From a virus (Duplodnaviria > Caudoviricetes), in the IMG/VR virus record IMGVR_UViG_3300040971_000351, positions 1 to 46,469 of that record: a DNA stretch of 46,469 nucleotides; one strand, given 5' to 3'. Below the pieces are notes generated by a model. It was not told the origin of the DNA. It saw only the letters and a program-made list of their open reading frames with translations, and did no database searches. The position numbers were made by a program, and so were the translations under genes. Below are positions 16,166 through 25,249 of the stretch, piece after piece (position 1 is the first letter of the stretch; each line of letters begins with the position of its first letter).

Positions 16166-18287
16166 ACGGCTTGGCGAATCCAAGCAGGATTTTCTGAAGC
16201 GCTGCGCGGCCGAGGCCGCCGCGTCCGGATCGACCGAGGCCCAGGCCATGGCCACGTGCACGGCTGCCTGGAACAAGCAGCAGCTGGCCGCGTTCGTCGA
16301 TGACGGCGTGCTGCGCCTGTCCGCTCAGGTCGAGCTGGCCAAGGCCGAGGAAGAGTCCGCACCGCGTCGCTTCAGCGTGCTGGCCTACACGGGCAAGCTC
16401 ATCGATTGGGGCTACTGGGGCCGGTTCATCATCGACCTTGCCGGGATCAAGCTGGCCAAGGCCAAGGTGCCCGCCCTGCTGAACCATCACCGGGACGAGA
16501 TCGTCGGCACCATCGACCAGGGATCAGGCGACGAGAACGGCTTCTACGTGGCCGGATCGTTCTCCAGGATTACCGACGCGGCGAAGGAAGTCCTGGGCCT
16601 GGCTGACGAGGGCTTCCCCTGGCAGGCGTCCATCGGCGTGCAGGCCAGCAAGATCGTGCAGCTCGCCAAGGACGCGACCATGGTCGTCAACGGCCAGACA
16701 GTGACCGGGCCCTGCGACGTGTGGACCGAGTCCACGGTGTTTGAAACCAGCTTCTGCCCGTTCGGGGCAGATGACGATACCGCGGCCGTGTCCATGGCTG
16801 CGGAAAACAACACTGCCCCGAAAGGGCCTACGGAGGTTCGTATGAACAAGAAACTGAGAAAGCTCCTGGAGAAGCTGGGACTCGACCCGGCCGCCACGGA
16901 GCAGGAGGCCGCCGTCTTCATGGCCGGCCTGGACCCCGACGTGATCGCCAAGGAGCTGGCCGCTCCCCCCGCTTCTGACCCTGCGGGCCAGAAGTCCGAG
17001 GCCAAGCTGTCCGGTCAGGACGTGCTGGTGATCATGGATCGCGGCAAGCGCCTGGGCGTGTCCGAGGACAAGCTGCGCGATCTGGCCGGTACGTGCACCA
17101 CCCTGGAAGAGGCCACGCTGAAGATGGTCGACCTGATGGGCGAGACCAACCAGCCCCTGGGAGGCGGGCGGTACGAAGCCGGAAGCACGGAAATGGAGAA
17201 GGTCACGCTGGCCATGACCGACGCCCTGGCCATGCGCTGCAATGTGCGCCTGGAGAAGGCCGCCCCCGGTGCCCATGAACTGCGCGGCTACACCCTGCGC
17301 GAGCTCGCCAGGGAATACCTTGAGCGCGCCGGCGTCTCCACGCGCGGCATGGACAACAAGACTCTCGCCGGGGCCGCCCTGGGCGTTGTCCGGCTGTCGG
17401 GGCTGTACTCCACCAGCGACTTCCCGAACCTGCTGGCCAACGTGGCCGAAAAGATCCTCATGAAGTCCTATTCCGAAGCCCCGTCCACCTGGCAGGCCTG
17501 GTGTGGCGTCGGCAGCGGGTCCGACTTCAAGGAGCATGACCGGGTGCAGATGTCCGAAGCCCCGTCCCTTGAGTTGATCAACGAGGCCGGCGAGTACACC
17601 TACGCCGGGTTCAGCGACTTCAAGGAGACGAACCGGATCAAGACTTACGGCCGCAAGTTCGCCATCACCCGCCAGGCGATCATCAACGACGACCTGGGTG
17701 CCCTGCAGCGCATCCCGCGCGCGTTCGGCGCCGCCGCCGTCCGCCGCATCAACGATCTGGTCTACGCCATCCTGACCGGGAACCAGGTCATGGCCTACGA
17801 CAGCAAGGCCCTGTTCCACGCCGACCACGACAACCTCGCGAGTCCTATCGCGGTCCTGTCGTCCACTTCGCTGGGAGTCGCCCGTACGGCCATGCGCACG
17901 CAGAAGGGCCCCGAGGGCGCGGTCCTGAACATCAGCCCCCGCTTCCTGATCGTTCCGGCCGCCCTGGAAATGACCGCCGACGTGCTGCTGCGCTCCGTGG
18001 CCAGCACGGACAGCGAGAAAAACTCCGGCGTGGTCAACCCCTGGCAGAACGCCCTGATCCCCGTGGTCGAGGCTCGCCTCGATGCCAACTCGGCTGACGC
18101 CTACTACCTGGCGGCCGACCCCACCCAGGTCGACACCGTCGAGGTCATGTTCCTTGATGGCGTGCAGACCCCGGTTATCGAGGACGTGGAGATGAGCAAC
18201 ATCGACGGGCGCGAATACAAGGTCCGCATCGATGTCGGCGCCAGGGCTCTGGATCACCGCGGCCTCTACAAGAACGCCGGCAAGTAA
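16143..18287 (+). CDS. Fused prohead protease / scaffold / major capsid protein
   Basis: Protease LAYTG...ALLNHH...FPWQASIG...ETSFCPFGAD. Capsid STSDFPNLLANVAEK...TYGRKFAITRQAIINDDL...KVRIDVGARALDHRGLYKN. Confidence 0.9.
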   Translation: MPPKKKAKRLGESKQDFLKRCAAEAAASGSTEAQAMATCTAAWNKQQLAAFVDDGVLRLSAQVELAKAEEESAPRRFSVLAYTGKLIDWGYWGRFIIDLAGIKLAKAKVPALLNHHRDEIVGTIDQGSGDENGFYVAGSFSRITDAAKEVLGLADEGFPWQASIGVQASKIVQLAKDATMVVNGQTVTGPCDVWTESTVFETSFCPFGADDDTAAVSMAAENNTAPKGPTEVRMNKKLRKLLEKLGLDPAATEQEAAVFMAGLDPDVIAKELAAPPASDPAGQKSEAKLSGQDVLVIMDRGKRLGVSEDKLRDLAGTCTTLEEATLKMVDLMGETNQPLGGGRYEAGSTEMEKVTLAMTDALAMRCNVRLEKAAPGAHELRGYTLRELAREYLERAGVSTRGMDNKTLAGAALGVVRLSGLYSTSDFPNLLANVAEKILMKSYSEAPSTWQAWCGVGSGSDFKEHDRVQMSEAPSLELINEAGEYTYAGFSDFKETNRIKTYGRKFAITRQAIINDDLGALQRIPRAFGAAAVRRINDLVYAILTGNQVMAYDSKALFHADHDNLASPIAVLSSTSLGVARTAMRTQKGPEGAVLNISPRFLIVPAALEMTADVLLRSVASTDSEKNSGVVNPWQNALIPVVEARLDANSADAYYLAADPTQVDTVEVMFLDGVQTPVIEDVEMSNIDGREYKVRIDVGARALDHRGLYKNAGK

Positions 18288-18334
18288 GAACCCACAACGA
18301 CGGGGCGGCCACCGCCCCGCATGAGGAATACGTC

Positions 18335-19045
18335 ATGGCTAAAAATTATGTGCAGGAAGGGAAGGTCATCCCCTTCACGGCCGCCGCGGACGTCGTGTCC
18401 GGGCAGGTCGTCGTTGTCGGCACCCTGGCCGGCGTGAGCCTGACCGACGTCGCCCAGGGCGCCATCGGCCAGCTGGCCATCTCCGGCGTGTGGGATATCC
18501 CCGCCGCCACCGCGGCCATCACCCAGTGGGCCCCCGTGTACTGGGACGCCGACGGCAACCCCGTGGGCGGTGTCGCTGGCTCTGGCGCGGCCACCGCGAC
18601 CAGCTCCGACAATACCCCCATCGGCCTCGCCATCGCGGCCAAGGACGCCGCGGTCGGCACCGTGCGCGTGCTGCTCGGCTGGTGCGACAGCATCTACACC
18701 CCGCAAACCGTGTCCGATGGCAACGTCATGAGTTTTGTTGCCGGTGCCAATTACGAAGCCGGCGACGTGGTCGTGGTCGGGTCCATCGTCGGCGTGGCGC
18801 TGGCTGACGTCGATAGTGGCGACACCGGAACCATGGCAGTCGCCGGAGAACGGACTGTGCTCGCCGCCACGGCCGCCATCAATCTGGGTGCCGCCGTTTA
18901 CTGGGACGCCGATGGCGACCCGGTCGGCGGAACCGCAGGCACTGGCGCGGCCACCGCGACCAGCGCCGGCAACATCCTGATGGGCCACGCCGTGGCCGCA
19001 AAGGACGCAGCGGCCGGATCCGTCAAGGTTCTCCTCGGCAGGTAA
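18335..19045 (+). CDS. Tandem DUF2190-like capsid decoration/cement protein
   Basis: MAKNYVQEGKVIPFTAAADVVSGQVVVVG...GVSLTD unit present twice, directly after the capsid gene. Confidence 0.8.
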   Translation: MAKNYVQEGKVIPFTAAADVVSGQVVVVGTLAGVSLTDVAQGAIGQLAISGVWDIPAATAAITQWAPVYWDADGNPVGGVAGSGAATATSSDNTPIGLAIAAKDAAVGTVRVLLGWCDSIYTPQTVSDGNVMSFVAGANYEAGDVVVVGSIVGVALADVDSGDTGTMAVAGERTVLAATAAINLGAAVYWDADGDPVGGTAGTGAATATSAGNILMGHAVAAKDAAAGSVKVLLGR

Positions 19046-19123
19046 AACGTTACACGCCTTGCGATAGGCCCCGGCCGGTTTCTACCGGGCTGGCCGGGGC
19101 CACCTTACAACCTGGAGATGATC

Positions 19124-19339
19124 ATGGCGGATTTCGGGGACTTGGCATCCACGGCCTCAGAAGGCCACCTCGCGGACGCGCTTGCAAAACGGGCGCACGC
19201 ACGGATGTCGGCTCCAGCCGAATCGGCGCATGAGTGCGAAGACTGCGGGGACGAGATCCCAGAGGCCAGACGGCAGGCAGTGCCGGGGTGCATCAGGTGC
19301 ACCGCATGTCAGGATAGATACGAGAGGACGCATGGCTAG
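19124..19339 (+). CDS. TraR/DksA C4-type zinc-finger protein
   Basis: MADFGDLAS...CEDCGDEIPEARRQAVPGCIRCTACQ. Confidence 0.88.
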   Translation: MADFGDLASTASEGHLADALAKRAHARMSAPAESAHECEDCGDEIPEARRQAVPGCIRCTACQDRYERTHG

Positions 19340-19634
19340 GATCAAGACGTATATCGCCGGGCCCATGACGGGTTTGCCGAAGTTCAACCGGCCGGCGTTT
19401 CGCGCCGCTGCAGAACAGCTTCGGCGGGATTTCGGGCGAGTCGTCCTCAACCCTGCTACGCTGCCGGACGGGCTGGAACAGTCGGACTACATGGATATCT
19501 GCCTGGCCATGATCCGCAGCGCGGACACCGTGTACTTTCTCGACGGATGGTCGGAGAGCTGCGGCGCCCAGGCTGAATACCACTACGCCAAGAAGATCGG
19601 CAAGCAACTCGAATATCAAGGGGCCCCTCGATGA
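19332..19634 (+). CDS. DUF4406-like (nucleoside deoxyribosyltransferase-like fold) protein
   Basis: YIAGPMTGLPKFNRPAF...VLNPA...YMDICLAMI...LDGWSESCGAQAEY. Confidence 0.82.
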   Translation: MARIKTYIAGPMTGLPKFNRPAFRAAAEQLRRDFGRVVLNPATLPDGLEQSDYMDICLAMIRSADTVYFLDGWSESCGAQAEYHYAKKIGKQLEYQGAPR

Positions 19635-19978
19635 CCGACGCGGACTGGGTCAAGTTTCTTCTGGGTGTCATCTTCACCATGCTGTGCTCCGGTGGGTCAT
19701 ACCTGCTGGGAGCGCGCGGCAAGATGTCGATCACTGCCTGTGCCAAGTGCCAGGACGCATGCCGGAAGGAGAAGGAAGCGGACAAAAAGGAGATGGTCGG
19801 CCTGATGGTCCAGGTCCAGGCAAAGCAGGCAGAGCTTTCCGCGCGCCAGGACGAGCTCGACGACGAGAACGGAAAGAAACTTGACCTCGTTTTCCGGATG
19901 CTCCGGGCGACGATCATGCACCTGCCCATCGACGCGGACAAGAAGGCTGAAATCATCAATGAGAGGACTGGCAAATGA
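19631..19978 (+). CDS. Membrane-anchored coiled-coil protein of the lysis region
   Basis: N-terminal hydrophobic helix, CAKCQDAC, coiled coil. Coupled to the holin gene. Confidence 0.6.
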   Translation: MTDADWVKFLLGVIFTMLCSGGSYLLGARGKMSITACAKCQDACRKEKEADKKEMVGLMVQVQAKQAELSARQDELDDENGKKLDLVFRMLRATIMHLPIDADKKAEIINERTGK

Positions 19979-20283
19979 ACAAGCTCAAATTGCAGATCCG
20001 CATGTTCTGGTGCGCGTTCTTCGCGCTGGCCTTGCTGGCCATGGTCTGGACGATCTCCCCGCAGCAGGGTCCGGTCATCGTCTATAAGCTCTCCCTTGTC
20101 ACACTGGCAGCGTTCACGGGCTACTGGGTCCACCGATGGGTTTTTCCCTACGCCAGGCCGGACCGTTTCCTGACCAGCGACGGGCTGGTCATGGTCAACC
20201 ACAAAAGGGTCTTTGCGGCCGCCCTGCTCTGCCGCGCCATCGTTGTCGGCTGCGCCATGCTGGCCGTTGGGATGGGCCTGTGA
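19975..20283 (+). CDS. Putative holin
   Basis: Three hydrophobic segments, YKLSLVTLAAFTGYW...FPYARP motif, directly upstream of the endolysin. Confidence 0.82.
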   Translation: MNKLKLQIRMFWCAFFALALLAMVWTISPQQGPVIVYKLSLVTLAAFTGYWVHRWVFPYARPDRFLTSDGLVMVNHKRVFAAALLCRAIVVGCAMLAVGMGL

Positions 20284-20915
20284 GCAAGCTCAAGCTCTGC
20301 CTCGTCATTCTCGCCGCCTTGGCGTGGCTGCTGGCTATGTCCTCCTGGGTCATGTGCGCTCCGCAGATCCCGCAGCGGGCCGCGCAGCACCGCGCCCTGC
20401 TGACGCGCGAAGCCCGCGCCCAGTGGGGCCTCGATGCTCCGGTGGCGACGTTCGCCGCGCAGATCCACCAGGAGAGCGCCTGGCGAGACGACGCCGTATC
20501 CCCGGTCGGCGCCCAGGGCCTGGCGCAGTTCATGCCGGCCACGTCCCGCTGGCTGCCTGAGGTTGCCCCGGAGACGGGCGCACCCATGCCGTTCTCACCA
20601 TCCTGGTCCATCCGCGCCATGGTGACCTATGACCGCTGGCTCTGGCGCAAGGTCCGCGCGGCCTCGGACTGCGACCGCATGGCCATGACGCTCTCGGCCT
20701 ACAACGGGGGCCTCGGCTGGCTGCACCGCGATCAGGCCCTTGTCGAGTCCATCGGCATGAACCCTGGCCTGTGGTCGCACGTGGCCATGGTCAATGCCGG
20801 CCGCTCGGCCGCGAATTTCCGCGAGAACCGTGGATACCCGACGCGCATCCTGAATGTGCTGACAAATCTATACAGGGAGGCAGGTTGGGGAAAGGGGGCC
20901 TGCGATGATCGGTAG
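20280..20915 (+). CDS. SLT-family lytic transglycosylase endolysin with N-terminal signal/SAR
   Basis: QIHQES, AVSPVGAQGLAQFMPAT, AYNGGLG, ENRGYP. GTG start overlaps the holin stop. Confidence 0.9.
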   Translation: MSKLKLCLVILAALAWLLAMSSWVMCAPQIPQRAAQHRALLTREARAQWGLDAPVATFAAQIHQESAWRDDAVSPVGAQGLAQFMPATSRWLPEVAPETGAPMPFSPSWSIRAMVTYDRWLWRKVRAASDCDRMAMTLSAYNGGLGWLHRDQALVESIGMNPGLWSHVAMVNAGRSAANFRENRGYPTRILNVLTNLYREAGWGKGACDDR

Positions 20916-21345
20916 CGCCCTGCAGTTCCTCACCGGCCAGCGGAGCTGGATCCCGCTGGCCGCCATGACGGTCCTGCTGCTGGCAGCCTGTGCCGGGATC
21001 TGCGTCCAGGGCCTGCGCCTCGATGCCGTCAAGGCCGACGCCGCCCGTCAGGTCCAGGCCGAGCAGATCGCCCACAATGCCACGCGCGGGCAGCTCGCCG
21101 CGGCAGGACATGAGATCGTGCGCCTGCGGTCCCTGCTGGAGCTGGCCCGCAATGCGACCGTGACCGTGCAGGACAGCCTGCGCGACGCCCTGCAGCGCGA
21201 GGCCGAGGCCGTCAGCACCGCCGCTGCGCGCAAACAGATCCTGGACCAGATGCGGACCCGCGTCAGGACCGAGGCCGAAAAACTGGAGGTTGTCGACGAT
21301 GCGACGCGCGATGCTGTTGCTGCTCGGCTCAATCGCCCTTTGTAG
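20905..21345 (+). CDS. i-spanin (Rz-like)
   Basis: N-terminal TM helix and long coiled coil, after the endolysin. Confidence 0.75.
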   Translation: MIGSALQFLTGQRSWIPLAAMTVLLLAACAGICVQGLRLDAVKADAARQVQAEQIAHNATRGQLAAAGHEIVRLRSLLELARNATVTVQDSLRDALQREAEAVSTAAARKQILDQMRTRVRTEAEKLEVVDDATRDAVAARLNRPL

Positions 21346-21556
21346 CGCCTGCGCCAGGCCTGCGCCGGTGATGGTCACCGCGCCCCTGGTGGAGTGCCCA
21401 GCGCCCTCGGCGCCGGCCTTACCTGCCCTGGACCCGTCCCTGCCCCTGGACAGTCCGGCCAACGTCGAGGCGCTCATGATCCGCGACGACGCCCTGCGCG
21501 GTTACATCCGGGGCCTGGAGTCGAGCGTCGAATGCTACCGGAGACAGGTGCGCTGA
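21299..21556 (+). CDS. o-spanin lipoprotein (Rz1-like)
   Basis: Overlaps the i-spanin 3' end. Lipobox-like CSAC and Pro-rich mature region. Confidence 0.78.
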   Translation: MRRAMLLLLGSIALCSACARPAPVMVTAPLVECPAPSAPALPALDPSLPLDSPANVEALMIRDDALRGYIRGLESSVECYRRQVR

Positions 21557-21801
21557 TGGCCTACCACGAGCACGGCAAGCACAACCCCTTCGACGCCTAC
21601 ATGGCAGGGTTCTGCTGGTGGCAGTCGCCGCGGCAGATCCTCATCAACGAGAAGGCTCTCAAGGCCTACACCCCGGAGCCTGGCGTCGAGACCGAAGCTT
21701 ACGAGGACATGCTCTCCCAGATCGAGCACGAGGCCGAGATCAAGCGGCGGAAGTATTTCGGTGTCCAGGAACACCCAGCCCCTGCGCCTGAGCGGAGGTG
21801 A
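21556..21801 (+). CDS. Hypothetical protein
   Basis: TGATG coupling, MAYHEHGKHNPFDAY..., phage codon usage. Confidence 0.6.
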   Translation: MAYHEHGKHNPFDAYMAGFCWWQSPRQILINEKALKAYTPEPGVETEAYEDMLSQIEHEAEIKRRKYFGVQEHPAPAPERR

Positions 21802-21940
21802 TCCCGATCTGACCTTGCAGGTGTGTCGCTCGCAAGAGTCCGTCAAACAACCAGGCGCAGGGCAATTTTTCTCCCGGCAGGCGGGCGTACCCGACAAGCG
21901 CCGGGGAGCGGGTAACTCCCCGGCGAAATGAAAGGATAAC

Positions 21941-22126
21941 ATGATGGATGAGCTTTCCAGGTTGGTGAGGACGGTCCTTGACCAGTTTATGCTGACGAAA
22001 ATCTTTTGCGCCACAGAAAACTGCAGATTCAACAGAAGCTCTGGCGGGTGCGCTTTCCGTGAAGTGCTGATCCGGGGCGGGAAGTGCACCAGTTTCGAGC
22101 CCTCAGCGGAAGAAAAAGGGGCATGA
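21941..22126 (+). CDS. Small Cys-containing hypothetical protein
   Basis: AAGGA Shine-Dalgarno. CATENC...C...C pattern. Confidence 0.55.
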   Translation: MMDELSRLVRTVLDQFMLTKIFCATENCRFNRSSGGCAFREVLIRGGKCTSFEPSAEEKGA

Positions 22127-22272
22127 ACCACCGTCGCCGCAAGCACTTCGCTTCCAAGTGGGCGCAATGCGGCCCGCAGCAGCTCATGGCCCGAATCGTC
22201 GGGCACAAGTGCAACTGCAAACCGAAACGCAAGCGCGGACAGATCCGCGAGGTGAACCATGAGTGTGCATGA
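22123..22272 (+). CDS. Small basic hypothetical protein
   Basis: ATGA coupling, MNHRRRKHFASKW... Confidence 0.4.
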   Translation: MNHRRRKHFASKWAQCGPQQLMARIVGHKCNCKPKRKRGQIREVNHECA

Positions 22273-22606
22273 AGACATGATCGCCATTGCCGAGGACATC
22301 ATCCGCCAGTGGGGCGTGCCGGCAAAGTACCGGGCCCATGGCGCCGCGGATGCCGTGGACGTCACGGTGCGATGCAAGCCCAAGCGTCGCGTCACTTCCG
22401 AAGGCAAGACCATGATGCAGATGGAGGTATCCGTGCTGTCGTCCGTGATCACGTCGCCATCCATCGGTGATGAGTTTGAGGTCGCCGGCGAACAGTGGAC
22501 GCTCTCGACCCTGCCCATGGAGTTCATGGAGATCCAGGAGGCCTGCGGCGGGGCGCTCTGGAATTTGACCCTGGTGCACGATGTCCGCCCGGTACGGAGG
22601 GGCTGA
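22259..22606 (+). CDS. Putative head-tail joining (gpFII-like) protein
   Basis: 115 aa beta-rich (PSIGDEFEVAGEQW), positioned before the gpZ-like gene. Confidence 0.6.
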   Translation: MSVHEDMIAIAEDIIRQWGVPAKYRAHGAADAVDVTVRCKPKRRVTSEGKTMMQMEVSVLSSVITSPSIGDEFEVAGEQWTLSTLPMEFMEIQEACGGALWNLTLVHDVRPVRRG

Positions 22607-23313
22607 TGGCGCTGGGCGACTGGGTCAATGTCAAAACGGGATACGCCCGCAAGTCCGGCTACAGCGTCACGAACGAGGTCGGCGGGCAGACGCTCCTGGA
22701 CGCCATCAGGTCATCCGGGTTGCTCGGGTATCTGGAGATCATGGGCGAGCAGCGTGTGGCAAAGGCCGGCGCAAGAGCCATCAACAAGAGCCTGGTCACT
22801 CTCCGCAGCATTACGACCAAGCAGGTCGCGCGTATTTTGGCCGTCCGTCAGTCCAAGATTCGCACCACGTTCGAGATCAAGAAGGCGCGCTTCGAACGCC
22901 TGGAGGGGAGCCTCCGGGCCGCGGGCGTCAAGGCGATCCCCTTGTACGAGTTTTCCCCGAGCCCCAAGACGGTGGAGGCCAAGCGCCCCAAGATCGGCGT
23001 GTCCGTGCGGATCCGCAAGGACCGGGGCCGCGTCAGTGTTCCGGGGTCATTTATTGCCCGGGTCGGAGGTGGGTCCGTCGGCGTCTTCGAGCGGGTGCAT
23101 GCGGACAGGTCGTATCCGATCCGCAGGCTCTACGGTCCGGCCCCGCTTTCGTACCTGCTCCATGACGAGCCTATCCAGGGCGGCGAGAAGCTGATTGTCG
23201 ATCAGATCGACGACGAGTTCGCCGGGGTGTTCGAAAAGAACTTGGCCCATGAGCTCGAATTCGAATACACGCACATGCCCCGCAGCGCGGGCAGCAGCAG
23301 ATGGAGAGGATGA
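22606..23313 (+). CDS. Minor tail protein, lambda gpZ-like
   Basis: AGARAINKS...GVSVRIRK...GSFIA...GVFER...YPIRRLYGP...KNLAHEL. Confidence 0.78.
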   Translation: MALGDWVNVKTGYARKSGYSVTNEVGGQTLLDAIRSSGLLGYLEIMGEQRVAKAGARAINKSLVTLRSITTKQVARILAVRQSKIRTTFEIKKARFERLEGSLRAAGVKAIPLYEFSPSPKTVEAKRPKIGVSVRIRKDRGRVSVPGSFIARVGGGSVGVFERVHADRSYPIRRLYGPAPLSYLLHDEPIQGGEKLIVDQIDDEFAGVFEKNLAHELEFEYTHMPRSAGSSRWRG

Positions 23314-23795
23314 TGCGCGAGAACCTGACAGCTATCACGACTGCCCTGTCCACTGACGAGATCTGGCTGGCGTGGTGTCGCGACAACCTCGGGGCGCTGC
23401 CGACCGTGGCGTACGAACCGAAGATCCCCCAGGGCGGCATCCCGGACAGTATGTACCCCTTTGCGTTCCTGTACGCCGCCAGGGTCATGGGGCCCTCCTC
23501 GGTCATCGTCGAGCTGGCCGTGGGGCACATCGATGAGCAGGGCCACGAAACCGAGGACGTCCCGGTCAGGGTGCACGGCGCATCCTTGAGCGTGTCGCGT
23601 GAGCACTGCGTCGGGCTGCTGACCTCGCTCGATATGTTTCTGCAAGCCGTGGACTGTATCCATCGGCTGCGGCTCGGGGCCGTGGACCCCCAGGGAGAAA
23701 CGGGTGGCGTCAAGCATCACCCGTATTACGAGGCCTGGGGCCAGATCGTCGTCAAGTGGGAACCATCAACCCGTAAACCTTTGGGCCGCAGATAG
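23301..23795 (+). CDS. Putative tail terminator (gpU position)
   Basis: Size and position between the gpZ-like and tail tube genes. Start could be 23310. Confidence 0.5.
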   Translation: MERMMRENLTAITTALSTDEIWLAWCRDNLGALPTVAYEPKIPQGGIPDSMYPFAFLYAARVMGPSSVIVELAVGHIDEQGHETEDVPVRVHGASLSVSREHCVGLLTSLDMFLQAVDCIHRLRLGAVDPQGETGGVKHHPYYEAWGQIVVKWEPSTRKPLGRR

Positions 23796-23810
23796 CCCGA
23801 GGAGGAACCT

Positions 23811-24800
23811 ATGCCTTTGTTTGTGAACGCAGACAACGATGCCGTCCAATATGGCGGCGGCTTCCGCGTCTTTTGGCGAGATCTCGGCGCAGCGGCCTAT
23901 GAAGAAGTCGGCCACATGACGGATCTCAAGGAAACCCGCAACACTTCCAAGGGCGAACTCGCCGGCAGCCGCAATGCGGCGCGGAGCCCCATTAAGACGC
24001 GGGTCACCGAAAACGTGTCCGGCATCAGCCTGACGCCCATCACCCTCAACTCCGAAGTTATCCGCATGGCGGCCATGGCATCCGGGTGGGTGGCCGACAA
24101 TCAGGCCGCAGGGTCCGTAGACCTGACGGCGCTGACCGTGGTCGCCGACGGCTTTGTCGAGATCGCGCACCGTGACGCCTTCGTCACAAAAATCGTCCAC
24201 GGCACGGTCTCCGGCGGCCCATTCGCTGTAGGCGAGACGGTCACCGGCGGGACGAGTACCGCGACGGGCAAGGTGGCTTGGGTCGGGTCCGGATTCCTCG
24301 AACTGATCAACGTGTCCGGAGAATTCTCCGCTGCCGAGACCCTGACTGGCGGAACCAGCACGGCGACAGCCACCGCGACGAGCGTGCAGGAACTGGAAGA
24401 CATCGTTCTCGTGGACGCCGCCGCCCCGACCAAGCGCTACGCCCTGGGCACGGACTACGACCTGGATCTGGATGCGGCCATGGTGCTCAAGAAGTCCACC
24501 GGCGAGATGGGCGCAACGGCCTATGTCGCCTACCAGCACCCCGCGATCCTGGCCGAGGTCGCGTACCGCGACAGCGGTTCCTCGATCATCACCAAGGAAG
24601 TGAAGATCGAGCCCGACAAGGACAACGACGGCCCGCGCATCACCAGGCACTACCCCAAGGTCGAGTTCAGCCCGTCGTCCGAGTGGGCGATCCTGACCGA
24701 TGCGGACGCCGCGGCGTCGATCACCTTCGAGGGAACCGTAGTCGAGGACAGCACCAAGCCCAACGGGCAGCGCTTCGGCCGATTCAAGGTGTTCAAATAA
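23811..24800 (+). CDS. Major tail tube protein
   Basis: Strong GGAGG Shine-Dalgarno, beta-rich, HYPKVEFSPSSEWAIL...ITFEGTV tube-type C-terminus, followed by a terminator and chaperone gene. Confidence 0.75.
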   Translation: MPLFVNADNDAVQYGGGFRVFWRDLGAAAYEEVGHMTDLKETRNTSKGELAGSRNAARSPIKTRVTENVSGISLTPITLNSEVIRMAAMASGWVADNQAAGSVDLTALTVVADGFVEIAHRDAFVTKIVHGTVSGGPFAVGETVTGGTSTATGKVAWVGSGFLELINVSGEFSAAETLTGGTSTATATATSVQELEDIVLVDAAAPTKRYALGTDYDLDLDAAMVLKKSTGEMGATAYVAYQHPAILAEVAYRDSGSSIITKEVKIEPDKDNDGPRITRHYPKVEFSPSSEWAILTDADAAASITFEGTVVEDSTKPNGQRFGRFKVFK

Positions 24801-24809
24801 CAACGCAAC

Positions 24810-24833
24810 GGGCGGGGGCGACCCCGCCCTTTT
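24810..24833 (+). terminator. Intrinsic terminator after the tail tube gene
   Basis: GGGCGGGG-GCGA-CCCCGCCC-TTTT. Confidence 0.7.
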
Positions 24834-24841
24834 GAGGGGGG

Positions 24842-25168
24842 ATGATGGAAAGGAAAGCGCAGATGCAATTTGGTGAGATCAAAGTCGTCGCCCGAGAGAT
24901 GACAGTCCAAGAGGTTTACGACTTGCTGGAGGGACGCCTTGTCGTTCAAGGCGATCCGGATATTGACGTGCTGATCAGTCACAAGATCGATTCCCAGCTG
25001 CTGCGGATCTGCACGGACGCTGACGGCGACACTTTGCGCCAGATGACGCCTACTCAGTTGCAGTTTCTGGCTGACAAAATCGCAGAACTCAACCCTTTCT
25101 TTGTGCGTCTGCTCGAAAAACTCGGGCACCTGAAAGAGCAGACGCAAGAACCCTCCGTAGCGGAGTAG
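24842..25168 (+). CDS. Tail assembly chaperone (gpG-like), probable -1 frameshift extension to 25269
   Basis: Between tube and tape measure genes. ELNPFF motif with C-CCT-TTC heptamer at 25093-25099. Confidence 0.75.
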   Translation: MMERKAQMQFGEIKVVAREMTVQEVYDLLEGRLVVQGDPDIDVLISHKIDSQLLRICTDADGDTLRQMTPTQLQFLADKIAELNPFFVRLLEKLGHLKEQTQEPSVAE

Positions 25169-25249
25169 CCAGGCTGCACTTGTTGGGTATCCACGACCCA
25201 TGGAGGCTGTCCATGGCCTACTTTGAAATTTTGCTGAGCGAGGTGGCTG

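Noticed and set aside
3857-18257. Long antisense or alternate-frame ORFs (e.g. 3857-5500, 11359-13089, 16524-18257; likewise 40141-41532)
   Set aside because: They shadow well-supported genes, as expected from GC3-biased codon usage, and show no recognisable motifs.
18335-19045. RecA/RadA recombinase label often attached to DUF2190 proteins
   Set aside because: No Walker motifs. Position and composition indicate a capsid-associated protein.
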